DNA from: Desulfurococcaceae archaeon
GTDB lineage: Archaea > Thermoproteota > Thermoprotei_A > Sulfolobales > Desulfurococcaceae
Direction: 5' to 3'
NCBI GenBank assembly: GCA_038888155.1
Contig: JAWAJB010000003.1
Span: forward strand, 1 to 64,000
Length of the DNA: 64,000 nucleotides
The notes under the pieces are model-generated. The model searched no databases. It had not been told where the DNA came from and saw nothing but the letters and a program-made list of their open reading frames with translations. Positions 29,319 through 38,578 of this stretch are shown one piece after another; position 1 is the first letter of the stretch, and every line of letters begins with the position of its first letter. The translations under genes were made by a program, and so were the position numbers.

Positions 29319-29897
29319 GTGATTAGAGTAGTGATCGTGCCGCTTACAACCTTTGGCGTCTCAGAGTACATGGATTCGCTTAGGGAGAGCTTGGTAGAGG
29401 TATTGGGCGGCGCTGGCCTAGAGGCAAACGTGTTGACGTGGCCAGCAGCAATCAAGCCCCCCATTGGCTGCTTTAACTGGGAGAGAGCTCAATACCGCGC
29501 ATACTGCGTAGCAACTTACATCAAGGACTCCCTTCAGTCCCTAGGCCTAGTGGGCAGGGAAATCGTTGTAGGGTTGGGGTACTTAGACGGGTACGAGCAG
29601 GGACTTAACTATGTTTTCGGCGCGGCGTTACCAGAGTACAGAGTGGCGGTAGTTTTCACTAAGAGGCTTAAGCCGGAATTCTACGGCGAACGCCCTGACT
29701 TTAACTTGTACTTTAAGAGAATGGTCAAAGAAGTAGCTCACGAGCTAGGTCACCTATTGGGTCTAGATCACTGCGTTGATGGGGAGTGCACAATGAGCTA
29801 CAGCAACAGCGTAGTTGAAGTGGACGCTAAGAACGCGCGCTTCTGCCAGGCCTGCACGAGGAAACTGCGCGATCGCTATATATCTAACACGAAGTAG
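29319..29897 (+). CDS. Archaemetzincin zinc protease
   Basis: RAQY, LNYVFG, KEVAHELGHLLGLDHC..C.M..S....VD.K..FC..C. Confidence 0.92.
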   Translation: MIRVVIVPLTTFGVSEYMDSLRESLVEVLGGAGLEANVLTWPAAIKPPIGCFNWERAQYRAYCVATYIKDSLQSLGLVGREIVVGLGYLDGYEQGLNYVFGAALPEYRVAVVFTKRLKPEFYGERPDFNLYFKRMVKEVAHELGHLLGLDHCVDGECTMSYSNSVVEVDAKNARFCQACTRKLRDRYISNTK

Positions 29898-30364
29898 GCA
29901 ATCCACTCATGCTCTGTCTTTAAGATCCTCATTAAGCTGTAAGTTGGGGACTTCACTTCTACTCTTGGTTCGTGCTTCTCCTGGTTAAACAGCTCGCAGA
30001 GAGCCTTCCCCCTCACGCTGTACTGCAATCCACTGCTGGCTCTCTCTGCGCGGAACTCCTGCACGTTTATAGAGCTACAGACGAGGTTTTCGCTGTAGTA
30101 TAGGAGAAGGAGAGACTCAAGCCACCTATAGAGGAGGTTCTCTAGGTCAAACCCTTCAGCCTCTACAGCTCTCTCAATTATCCCGGATACTTTGCTTGTA
30201 TCAGTCATTGTGTCAAATAGGGCAACTCCAGCGCTTTCGAAGAGCTCCAGTAAGTTGCCGCCCCTGGCCTTAATGTAGACATCTCCCACGTGTTCTAGCG
30301 AGTCGTAAACGCCCGGCAGGCTGTAAATTACTTTCTCCCCCTCGCTCAAGGCTGGATACCTCAA
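29876..30364 (-). CDS. Archease
   Basis: LEHVGD, GFDLENLLYRWL, EVKSPTY, C-terminal FVLDI. Confidence 0.92.
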   Translation of the reverse strand: MRYPALSEGEKVIYSLPGVYDSLEHVGDVYIKARGGNLLELFESAGVALFDTMTDTSKVSGIIERAVEAEGFDLENLLYRWLESLLLLYYSENLVCSSINVQEFRAERASSGLQYSVRGKALCELFNQEKHEPRVEVKSPTYSLMRILKTEHEWIAYFVLDI

Positions 30365-30439
30365 TTTAAATCAAGGCTAGGCTCTAAAAAGGTTTAAAGT
30401 CGCTGAACCGCATTACTTAAAGCAAAGAGAGGTTGTGTA

Positions 30440-31777
30440 GTGGCGAAGAGATACGAGTTCGAATCCTACAGCGAGTACCTAGCCCCTGGCTACACGCCAG
30501 ATCCCACTGGTGACGTCATAGCTGTATTTAGGGTTACGCCGGCTTATGGCTTTAGGGTAGAGGAGGTAGCAGCTGGGATTGGCGCAGAGAGCAGCACTGG
30601 CACTTGGACTACGCTCTACTCGTGGTACGATGCGAGCAGAGTGAGAGAGCTCAGCGCCAAGGTCTACGAAATAGTAGATCTGGAGGATAGGTCTTACCTA
30701 GTTAAAGTTGCCTACCCGCTAGAGCTATTTGAGCTCGGGAACATACCAGGCTTGCTGGCCAGCGTTGCTGGAAACGTCTTCGGCATGAAGAGAGCCGAGT
30801 TTTTGAGGCTCGAGGACATATATCTGCCGAAGCGTTTTCTAGAGATGTTTAAGGGACCATCGAAGGGGATTAGCGGGGTTATGGATATATTTAGGGTTTA
30901 CGACAGGCCAATTGTAGGCACCGTGCCGAAGCCCAAGATGGGCTACACTCCCAGCGAAGTGGAGAAGCTTGCACATGAACTACTACTAGGCGGGCTAGAC
31001 TACATAAAGGACGACGAGAACTTGACTAGTCCCTCTTTCTGCAGATTTGAGGAGCGCGCCCGGGCTATCATGAAGGTAATTGACAGAGTAGAGGGGGAGA
31101 CAGGCGAGAGGAAAGCGTGGTTCGCCAACATAACAGCTGATATCAGGGAAATGGAGAGGAGGCTCAAGCTAGTGGCTGATTACGGGAACCCGTACGTTAT
31201 GGTGGACGCTGTCATTGCAGGCTGGAGCGCTTTAACTTACATTAGGGACCTAGCTGAGGAATACAAACTAGCTGTACACGCACACAGAGCAATGCACGCC
31301 GCGCTATCTAGGAGCAAGCATCACGGCATCTCTATGTACGTTTTAGCCAAGCTCTACCGCGTAGTAGGTGTAGACCAGCTGCACGTTGGGACAGCTGGAG
31401 TAGGCAAGCTAGAGGGCGAAAAGCTAGACGTTGTAAGAATCGTAAAGGCGCTAAGGGAGGATCATTTTAAGCCAGATCCAGACGACCTCTTTCACTTAGA
31501 GCAGCCAATGCACCACATTAGGCCAGTTGCACCGGTCTCCTCTGGGGGGCTACACCCCGGCATACTCCCCCCAGTTATAGAGGCGCTTGGAAAAGACATC
31601 GTGTTGCAAGTTGGAGGTGGAGTAATAGGGCACCCAGATGGACCAAGGGCTGGGGCATTAGCTGTTAGACAGGCGCTAGATGCAATAAGCACGGGAATAC
31701 CACTAGAAGAGCACGCTAAGGCGCACAGAGAGTTAGCGAGGGCATTGGAAAAATGGGGCTTCATCAAGCCAATTTAA
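30440..31777 (+). CDS. rbcL: RuBisCO form III
   Basis: AESSTGTWT, PKPKMG, GGLDYIKDDE, HAHRAMHAA, SSGGLHPG, QVGGG..GHP. Confidence 0.96.
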   Translation: MAKRYEFESYSEYLAPGYTPDPTGDVIAVFRVTPAYGFRVEEVAAGIGAESSTGTWTTLYSWYDASRVRELSAKVYEIVDLEDRSYLVKVAYPLELFELGNIPGLLASVAGNVFGMKRAEFLRLEDIYLPKRFLEMFKGPSKGISGVMDIFRVYDRPIVGTVPKPKMGYTPSEVEKLAHELLLGGLDYIKDDENLTSPSFCRFEERARAIMKVIDRVEGETGERKAWFANITADIREMERRLKLVADYGNPYVMVDAVIAGWSALTYIRDLAEEYKLAVHAHRAMHAALSRSKHHGISMYVLAKLYRVVGVDQLHVGTAGVGKLEGEKLDVVRIVKALREDHFKPDPDDLFHLEQPMHHIRPVAPVSSGGLHPGILPPVIEALGKDIVLQVGGGVIGHPDGPRAGALAVRQALDAISTGIPLEEHAKAHRELARALEKWGFIKPI

Positions 31778-31806
31778 AGCCTTTTTTCTCAATTCACTTT
31801 ATATCT

Positions 31807-32187
31807 CTACGCAGGCACGCCTGTTGATTCGCTGTAATGATCATCAATCTTGGGGTTCAGAACTCTTGCAATATCGTATATCGCTGGGGGCTTCCAGAAC
31901 ACTTTTTCTAGCGATCTCATTATTCCAACAACCCACATAACAAGCAGCCCTAAGTTTATCAAAGCCGATAAGAAGAAGCCAATAAGCGGTATGAGCCCAA
32001 ATACGGCGCTCACTATTTGAGCCCCAACCACAACAATGAAAAACGATATTGATAAGTAAGCCCAGTACTTAGCGTACTTGTAGTTAGGTTTTAAGACGAG
32101 GACCAAGATGCCGCCAATTAGCGGAATAAGCCAGGCAATAAGCCCCCATATCTTCTCGTCTTCGCTAACTTCAAACTTGTTGCCCAC
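31807..32187 (-). CDS. Small 3-TM membrane protein (DUF4870-like)
   Basis: WGLIAWL..LIGG..V, three hydrophobic segments, WKPP. Confidence 0.65.
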   Translation of the reverse strand: MGNKFEVSEDEKIWGLIAWLIPLIGGILVLVLKPNYKYAKYWAYLSISFFIVVVGAQIVSAVFGLIPLIGFFLSALINLGLLVMWVVGIMRSLEKVFWKPPAIYDIARVLNPKIDDHYSESTGVPA

Positions 32188-32309
32188 TTACTTGCACCTC
32201 TTAGTTCGCAGAAAAACAATTATAGGTATTGTCCTATATGTTATTTAAACTTAACTGCCCAGGGAGCAACCCTTACCTTAATGGAGCTGAGATACTGCGG
32301 AGAAATGTC

Positions 32310-34451
32310 CTACGATGATAAATTTAAAGAGATAGGATAGTACGCGCAGGAGCCCATGTCCTCAGGTGAAGTACAAAGCTCGAGCCTCAGGTAAAGCACA
32401 GAGCTTTGACCTCCCCCAGTGAAGTACCCCCAGAGAGCTATGTGATTTTCTAGCCCTAAGTTGAGTTGCACTCTACTGGTTGACGTTGATACTGAAGCTC
32501 CGCCCTCTACTGTCACGTTTGTCGACCTCGTGGTGCCCTCAATCCAAATATCAAGGTTTAAAGAAGTTGAGCCAAATACGCTATCCAGTAGAAGTCTAGC
32601 GTAGAGAGTTTGGGAGGCGTTTACCCCTAGAGCCTTTAATGTATTCCCCGGCGCTGAGCCCGGAATAGCCGCATTCACTCTCGCGCTTGTCTTGTTAGCT
32701 CCTAACTCCACTTCAATTGAAGGAGGGGCTCCTTGAGTTTCAACTCTGTACGAGTCTCCGCCGAGAATAGCGTCTGTATTGGGCACCTGATGCACGCAGA
32801 TTAAAGCGTCATCAGAGCCCTTAACCGCTATTCTACCGTCAGTACCCGTGCCCACAACTACATCGTGGAGCAAGCTGAGCGACAACGACTGTCCAGGGGA
32901 AGTCCCCCACGCTACTAAATTGTTGAGATTGTCCCACATTTCAATGGATACGCCAGCACGTAGGTTTGTGAACAATACGCCTCTTGGATCTGAAGTTGCT
33001 ATTAGGAAGTCGTCGAAGTACGCAGTTACAGCGTCAAGCGTCACGCCAATGAAAGCTGGTCTAAACCTTTGCGGGGCAGTTGACGACGCTGAAGCCGTGG
33101 CTAAGAGGTTGCCAGATGCGCCGTAGACTCTCGCTCTAATGTCTATACTGGTTCCCGTATCAGTATAGTTCACGACAAGTACGTACCACGCTACGGTGGA
33201 GTAGCCCGGGATAGTAGTATTTGCAAGAGTGTACCATCCCAATATGTTCTCCACGCCGTAGCTTCTTATGTAGAGCACCCCTGATGTGTGTACCTCTACT
33301 GCGTACACTCTGTTCAAGGGGCTCCTCCCTAACATAACTCCATAGTAGCCAGTTCCAGATGCCCACCTCGTCTTGGAAACGACCCACAGAGTAGTGTAGC
33401 CCGATAAACTAGTGCTGTAATAATATTGCGAGGCGCTGCCAACCCCCCCATCGTTGTCCGTTCCCCGCAATGCGTTACCTTTTGCACCTGCCACGCCGCT
33501 TATAGTGCTCCAGGTCCCACCTCTAGCATCCCATACAGGTAATGGATAAGCCTCGAAGTCTGTATAGGTTAAAGCCGTTCTATCAGTTCTAGTCACTGCA
33601 CACGTATATGCATATAGTGGTTGCTCTAGCGTTGCTGGTGGAGGCTGTGGGTTTATAGCTGGCGATAATGAGTAGTAGGCGAAAACGGATGCCCCTGCAT
33701 TGGATAGAACAACCCCTGCTACTATAGCTATGGGCGCGAAGGCTTGTAAAGTTGTCTTCGCGAGGAATTTCTTGGGCTTTAAGCCCTTGTTTCGTTCTTC
33801 TCTAGTTAATTGCTTGCCGTAAATGTATACAGCCCACATTATTGAAGCTGTTGATGAAGTTATTGAGGCGTAGAGCAGTGCTAGAATTACTGCAGGATGC
33901 GTGAAAAGCAAGTCGTATGCAAGGGTTTTTGTAGCGTTTATCCCCGTGTACTCTACTAGGCCTGCGAGCGTTCTAACCTTAAATACTCCGCCGTTATTTG
34001 CGTAGCTTAAAAGCACTCCAGCGTCGACGCTGAACGCCTGCGAGAGGTACCTTAAAACGCCCGAGGCCACTACAAGTGATGCCGATACGCCGTAGATTAA
34101 TGAGATAGAGGAGAGAGCATTCTTCCTTAGGCAAAGAAGTGCGAGTAGCGTTACGCCGACAAGGACTCCAACGTACGCTGTAGTAGCTACCGCAACTGCT
34201 TTAACTGCATCTAGGTTAGGCAACGCTATTGATCTGCCGTTGGTGTTGTAGCGTATTTCGTAGCTCACTATGGATAGATATCCATGAACATAGCCTGTAA
34301 ACACTATTTGCGGGCACAGAAGCATCAACAAGAATAGAGCTGAAACTGTAAAGCAAAATAACCCGCTGATAGATATAAGCGCCCTCAATTTCCTAGGTAC
34401 ATAGAAATCTTCTTCAGCGCTTAACCGTACCTTACTGTTATCTGCGACCAC
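32310..34451 (-). CDS. Multi-TM protein fused to a secreted pilin-like/beta-sandwich (lectin-like) region; candidate minor pilin or adhesin
   Basis: About four N-terminal TM helices, internal signal-like segment ending SVFAYY..PPP, beta-rich domain (TDFE..W....GTWS, YFDDF), and ELGANKTSARV resembling the pilin's NIGSDSTSAGI. Confidence 0.6.
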   Translation of the reverse strand: MVADNSKVRLSAEEDFYVPRKLRALISISGLFCFTVSALFLLMLLCPQIVFTGYVHGYLSIVSYEIRYNTNGRSIALPNLDAVKAVAVATTAYVGVLVGVTLLALLCLRKNALSSISLIYGVSASLVVASGVLRYLSQAFSVDAGVLLSYANNGGVFKVRTLAGLVEYTGINATKTLAYDLLFTHPAVILALLYASITSSTASIMWAVYIYGKQLTREERNKGLKPKKFLAKTTLQAFAPIAIVAGVVLSNAGASVFAYYSLSPAINPQPPPATLEQPLYAYTCAVTRTDRTALTYTDFEAYPLPVWDARGGTWSTISGVAGAKGNALRGTDNDGGVGSASQYYYSTSLSGYTTLWVVSKTRWASGTGYYGVMLGRSPLNRVYAVEVHTSGVLYIRSYGVENILGWYTLANTTIPGYSTVAWYVLVVNYTDTGTSIDIRARVYGASGNLLATASASSTAPQRFRPAFIGVTLDAVTAYFDDFLIATSDPRGVLFTNLRAGVSIEMWDNLNNLVAWGTSPGQSLSLSLLHDVVVGTGTDGRIAVKGSDDALICVHQVPNTDAILGGDSYRVETQGAPPSIEVELGANKTSARVNAAIPGSAPGNTLKALGVNASQTLYARLLLDSVFGSTSLNLDIWIEGTTRSTNVTVEGGASVSTSTSRVQLNLGLENHIALWGYFTGGGQSSVLYLRLELCTSPEDMGSCAYYPISLNLSS

Positions 34452-35548
34452 TTCTCCTCACCTCCAAGCCTGTAGCTTACATCAGCGTAAACGAACTTGC
34501 TTCCCTCGGGAGGCTCGACAGTTGCAAAGCCGTGCTCGCTCACGACCTCCTGAATTGAAGCGTTCTTCCATGCGTCGCCAACGCCGTAGGCGTACTTTAA
34601 AGACACGTTAACAAATACCGGAAAACAATTCGGATTGTAGAATTGGAGGGAGCCGTTAACAGCCTTCACCTCTAGGTGCCTTGGATAAGCTCTAACAGCG
34701 TAGTTACCTTCAAGCCTCCCCACGTGATTCAATGTAGCGTAGACGCTTACGTTCAGCGAGCTTTCGTTATTTAATCTTTGAGCGACTTCACGCGGCACTT
34801 TCGCCAATACGCTCGATTCGCTGAGCAACGCGGGTAGCTCAACTTCGTCAATGTATACCTTAGCGCCAGTTAGCTGAAGGGAGCCCACGTAGCTTACTAG
34901 CAGCGTACACGTTTCGGAGTTGAGCTCCAGCTTAGATAAGTGAAGAACGGGGAGCTCAACTCGAGTTGAGCTCACAACAGGTTGCGTTAGACCGTAGACA
35001 ACTAGTATAAGTACGAGGATTGTAGCGTAAACCATAGCTGAGGCAAAGCCAACTAGCTTTACTTTTGCAACGTTAATTAAGCTAGCCACTACAGCGTAGA
35101 GGAATATCGGCAGCCAGATTTCCCTAGGTATGATGCACACAACGACGCCTTTAATCCAATTAAGTGATACCGGGAAAGGATCGGGGGCTGGGTTGGCGTC
35201 GCCCTTAGTGATAATGCAGTTAACTCCGTGAGGGCAGTCAGCAACGTATCTGTGAACAATGCAGGAACTACTAGTTAAGCAGTATACAACTACATCTCCT
35301 GCAGATGGCGGGCTTCTCACGTAGATTGCAATATCCCACCTACGAATAATTGGCTCCATGCTGCCAGAGCAAACAACGGCTCCCCCGAAAGCGCTGTAAA
35401 CTCCAAGGCGGGAAAGAAGAGTAAACAAGAAGAGAGCGGTGAAGACAACTAAGACGGTAGAGGGTAAAATCCTGAGGAAAACCAAAGCCAATGAACGACG
35501 GGAAACCTGTCCACGAAAAAACTGGTTGAATTCACGGGGAATACTCAT
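34421..35548 (-). CDS. Signal peptidase I, SipW/ER-type (S26B), with a long C-terminal extension
   Basis: SGSMEP, GDVVVY, IVHR, ITKGDANPAPDP. Confidence 0.9.
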   Translation of the reverse strand: MSIPREFNQFFRGQVSRRSLALVFLRILPSTVLVVFTALFLFTLLSRLGVYSAFGGAVVCSGSMEPIIRRWDIAIYVRSPPSAGDVVVYCLTSSSCIVHRYVADCPHGVNCIITKGDANPAPDPFPVSLNWIKGVVVCIIPREIWLPIFLYAVVASLINVAKVKLVGFASAMVYATILVLILVVYGLTQPVVSSTRVELPVLHLSKLELNSETCTLLVSYVGSLQLTGAKVYIDEVELPALLSESSVLAKVPREVAQRLNNESSLNVSVYATLNHVGRLEGNYAVRAYPRHLEVKAVNGSLQFYNPNCFPVFVNVSLKYAYGVGDAWKNASIQEVVSEHGFATVEPPEGSKFVYADVSYRLGGEEKWSQITVRYG

Positions 35549-35562
35549 CTATAGCAGCCCCT

Positions 35563-36168
35563 TTACGGCGGGATCTCACTAGATGGCGTGTAAACTAAAT
35601 GCATGTTGAAAGTAGCTTGTTGCCCGCTAATGCTTGTTCCCTCGGGTATGTAAACCATTAAGTCCACTTCCCACATTGAATTACCACTAAGAGCTCCAAT
35701 TTGTTGGGGGTTGTTTGTGTTCGTACTGGTTAATTCAATAACTCTAACAGCTCCACTTGGTTCCCCCGGTTGAGGATAAGATGCCGGCAGATCTCTCGTG
35801 GCATTATAGTCATAGACTATTAGCCAAACCTTAGAGCCCGCTGGTATACTCCCACTCATTTGATCTAGAATTAGGTAAACATTGTAGGCCTTTGAATCCG
35901 TGTTGCTTATCAATGTCAAGTTCTTGTAATAAGTTGTTTGATAGGTTGGATGTACTGTAATACCTGCACTTGTTGAATCACTCCCTATGTTGACCTGTAT
36001 TTCCTTGTTCCCGAGGTCTTTCTGTCCAGCGTTGCTACCGAGGAGGAACTTTATCGGCGGCTCTACGGGTTGCACTACTAGTTGAAATGGGTAGTATGCG
36101 AAAACGCTTCCAGCTATAAACGATGTTGCTAGTAGCGCTAATAAAAACATGGGTATTCTCTTCTCCAC
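35563..36168 (-). CDS. Secreted beta-rich protein; candidate TasA/AbpA-like major pilin
   Basis: Signal peptide MEKR-hydrophobic, then SVFAYYPFQLVVQPVEPPIKF.LGSNAG; no C-terminal anchor; directly upstream of the SipW-like peptidase. Confidence 0.65.
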   Translation of the reverse strand: MEKRIPMFLLALLATSFIAGSVFAYYPFQLVVQPVEPPIKFLLGSNAGQKDLGNKEIQVNIGSDSTSAGITVHPTYQTTYYKNLTLISNTDSKAYNVYLILDQMSGSIPAGSKVWLIVYDYNATRDLPASYPQPGEPSGAVRVIELTSTNTNNPQQIGALSGNSMWEVDLMVYIPEGTSISGQQATFNMHLVYTPSSEIPP

Positions 36169-36199
36169 TTCTTCTTCACCTCTTTGGCTTTTTAATCTC

Positions 36200-36310
36200 A
36201 GTTAAGGTATATAAAAGGGTAAGGGTTTATAAACCTTTGCCGTCGTGGTCAACAATTGAAACACTCGGTTGATTTTTCAATGTTTTTAAGTAGGGTTAAC
36301 ATATTTAAGC
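36200..36310. promoter_or_regulatory. Divergent promoter region between the pilin and regulator genes
   Basis: TATATAAA (36208), palindrome GGTTTATAAACC (36224-36235), TATTTAAG (about 36302). Confidence 0.5.
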
Positions 36311-36352
36311 TTATTAACCAATAGAGCTAGATGCTGTTGATTCAGGTGCCTT

Positions 36353-37066
36353 GTGGTGCTTATGACCACCGAGCCTCTGTGGCTTTCGATGATTCTCGAT
36401 AGGGTTAGACCGGACCTTGAGGAGCTGTGCTCTGAGCTCGTCGTCTTAAAGGAGTGTAATTTAGTGTTGGACTCCCTTGTTGAATCCCACCCGCTGTGGT
36501 TTGAGGGTAAAAAGAAGAAGACTGTCACTGCCGCTATTCTCTATATTTCTTTGTTAGTTAGTAGAGGGCCTCGGAGAGGCGTTTTAAGAGAGGCTTTAGA
36601 TCTCGCCGGCATTTCAAAAGTTTCCCTGAGGGACGCTTTGTCGAGGCTAGTTGAAGTTGATTGGAGCCTCGGCGTTGTTTACTTCAACCCCAAGTTCTAC
36701 TCTGCTCTTAGAAAAAGAGTAGCTCTGCCAGGGTACGTAGTGCCGTTAATGCTCTCGGAAGTAATTAGGGCAAAACTCTCTAGGGTTTCGCCCGGTTTAT
36801 ACGAGTTCCTCAACGTGCAGTGCAAGAAGGGCGTTGGTAAAGACTGCGTATCAACTCTCCTCGAAAATCCAGCAACAGTTAGAGATATTATAATCAGCAA
36901 GTACGGGACGCCAATTGTAGCTAGGCGAATAGCTGAGAGGCTCTTTGCTTCAATAATAGAAGTTATAGGGGTCGAGAAATCGCCAGCAGAACTAGCTGAG
37001 CTTTTCACCAGCAACCCAGAGGAGTTACGTAAACTGCTTGCTTCTAGTGCCCGCAGCTCAAAGTAA
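36353..37066 (+). CDS. TFB/cyclin-repeat-like domain fused to a small helical domain
   Basis: FEGKKKKTVTAAILYISL...LREALDLAGISKVSLR resembles a TFIIB repeat; C-terminal C....GKDC..LLENP..VRDII..YG. Confidence 0.5.
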   Translation: MVLMTTEPLWLSMILDRVRPDLEELCSELVVLKECNLVLDSLVESHPLWFEGKKKKTVTAAILYISLLVSRGPRRGVLREALDLAGISKVSLRDALSRLVEVDWSLGVVYFNPKFYSALRKRVALPGYVVPLMLSEVIRAKLSRVSPGLYEFLNVQCKKGVGKDCVSTLLENPATVRDIIISKYGTPIVARRIAERLFASIIEVIGVEKSPAELAELFTSNPEELRKLLASSARSSK

Positions 37067-37159
37067 ACTTTGTAGCGACAAACCGCCTCCTGTTAAGTCA
37101 AAGCATTTTTATGTACCTTATTCTTTAGGATAATTTAAGTGCGAGGGAGATGGTACTCA

Positions 37160-38578
37160 ATGGAGGCAGCGTTCACCACTGGCAACAAGGAATTAGACAG
37201 GTTAATAGGCCCCATTCACTCGAAGTACATGTTGCTAATTGTAGGCCACCCCGGTGCAGGTAAAACAACTCTCGCTAGTAGCATATGCTACGAGAACGCG
37301 CAAAGGGGCTACAAATGCCTCTACATATCATTTTACGAAGACAAAGACAAGTTCTACAGAAATATGGATAAACTAGGAATAGACTTAGCTGACATTGAAT
37401 CTAGGGGGCTTTTAACTCACGTTAAGTTGCCCGTTGTGAAATCCGCTGAAGTGCTAGGTATAGTGAATGAACTTATAGTTAAGGACTCCTACAAAGTTGT
37501 TGTACTTGACTCTATAAACCCTGTGCTAGAGCTTTACAGGAAGAGAGAGCAAAGGGCAATACTATTAAACTTCTTCTACAACTTGATAGATGCAATAGAT
37601 GGCTTACTGGTAGCAATCTCCGAGATTTCGTGGGGCAAGGAGACTCTCAACCTCGGCTCAATTGATTTCGTGGCAGACGCAATAATTTACTTAAAGCACA
37701 GGATAACTCGCGGATTGCTAGTAAGAGTGTTGGAGTTGAGGAAGATAAGGGGCTCGCAATTAAGTACAGCTGAAATACCCTTTGACATAGTCGAGAAAAG
37801 GGGAATTATCGTTTACGCTCCTAGAAGGCTGGAGAGGCCGCGCAGCGAGGCAGTGAAGGCTTTGAAAACATGCATGTTATTGGAGGACGCCATTGGGGCA
37901 ATATATAAAGGAGACATCATATCGGTGAACTACCCGCCGAACGCGAGGCCCTCCTTGGTGTTGCTTCCGCTCATTAACTTCGCAGTAATAAACGACATAA
38001 AGTTGCTTGGGATCTCGTACAGGTACTCCCTAGAGGACACTAAGGCGGCTGTAGAAGCCGCTTTAATTAAATACTACGGCTTAAGTCTAACTGAGGCAAA
38101 CTGGATCATTAACAACTACATGCGCTTGGAGTCCATCAATCCAGCAACTATTTCAATTCCGCAGATAGTTAGCTTTGAGATGAGGCTAGTTGAGAAAGAG
38201 AGACCGGGAATAGTGGTATTTCACGCGCGCGAAATCCCCTGGAGGCTTACACGCAACACAGATGAAGACGGCTACTGGACTTCTCTAGTGAACCAGTTAA
38301 CCTGGCTCGAAAACCATGGAATAACAACTGCGTGGATGTATAGCAGAGTAGACCAGCAATTTGTGAAAATGAGCGAAGCACTAGCAGATATCTCAATAAG
38401 GGCATACTATAAACCAGGCGATAAAGGTCTGAGGCAACTATGGTACACTTGGAGAAGAGGCCAAGAGCCAAGGATAGTAGACTTCGCCAGCCCAGTGACC
38501 CAGGAGAAAATACAAGAGTGCTCAAAAATGCTAAAGAGTTTAGTTCACGAGAAACTAGCTGGGGGCAGTTCAAACTAG
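37160..38578 (+). CDS. KaiC/RAD55-like two-domain ATPase, second domain degenerate
   Basis: TGNKELDRLIG, GHPGAGKT, YISFYE, VVLDS, FVADAIIYL, LRKIRG; the second domain has NYPPNARP in place of Walker A. Confidence 0.88.
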   Translation: MEAAFTTGNKELDRLIGPIHSKYMLLIVGHPGAGKTTLASSICYENAQRGYKCLYISFYEDKDKFYRNMDKLGIDLADIESRGLLTHVKLPVVKSAEVLGIVNELIVKDSYKVVVLDSINPVLELYRKREQRAILLNFFYNLIDAIDGLLVAISEISWGKETLNLGSIDFVADAIIYLKHRITRGLLVRVLELRKIRGSQLSTAEIPFDIVEKRGIIVYAPRRLERPRSEAVKALKTCMLLEDAIGAIYKGDIISVNYPPNARPSLVLLPLINFAVINDIKLLGISYRYSLEDTKAAVEAALIKYYGLSLTEANWIINNYMRLESINPATISIPQIVSFEMRLVEKERPGIVVFHAREIPWRLTRNTDEDGYWTSLVNQLTWLENHGITTAWMYSRVDQQFVKMSEALADISIRAYYKPGDKGLRQLWYTWRRGQEPRIVDFASPVTQEKIQECSKMLKSLVHEKLAGGSSN

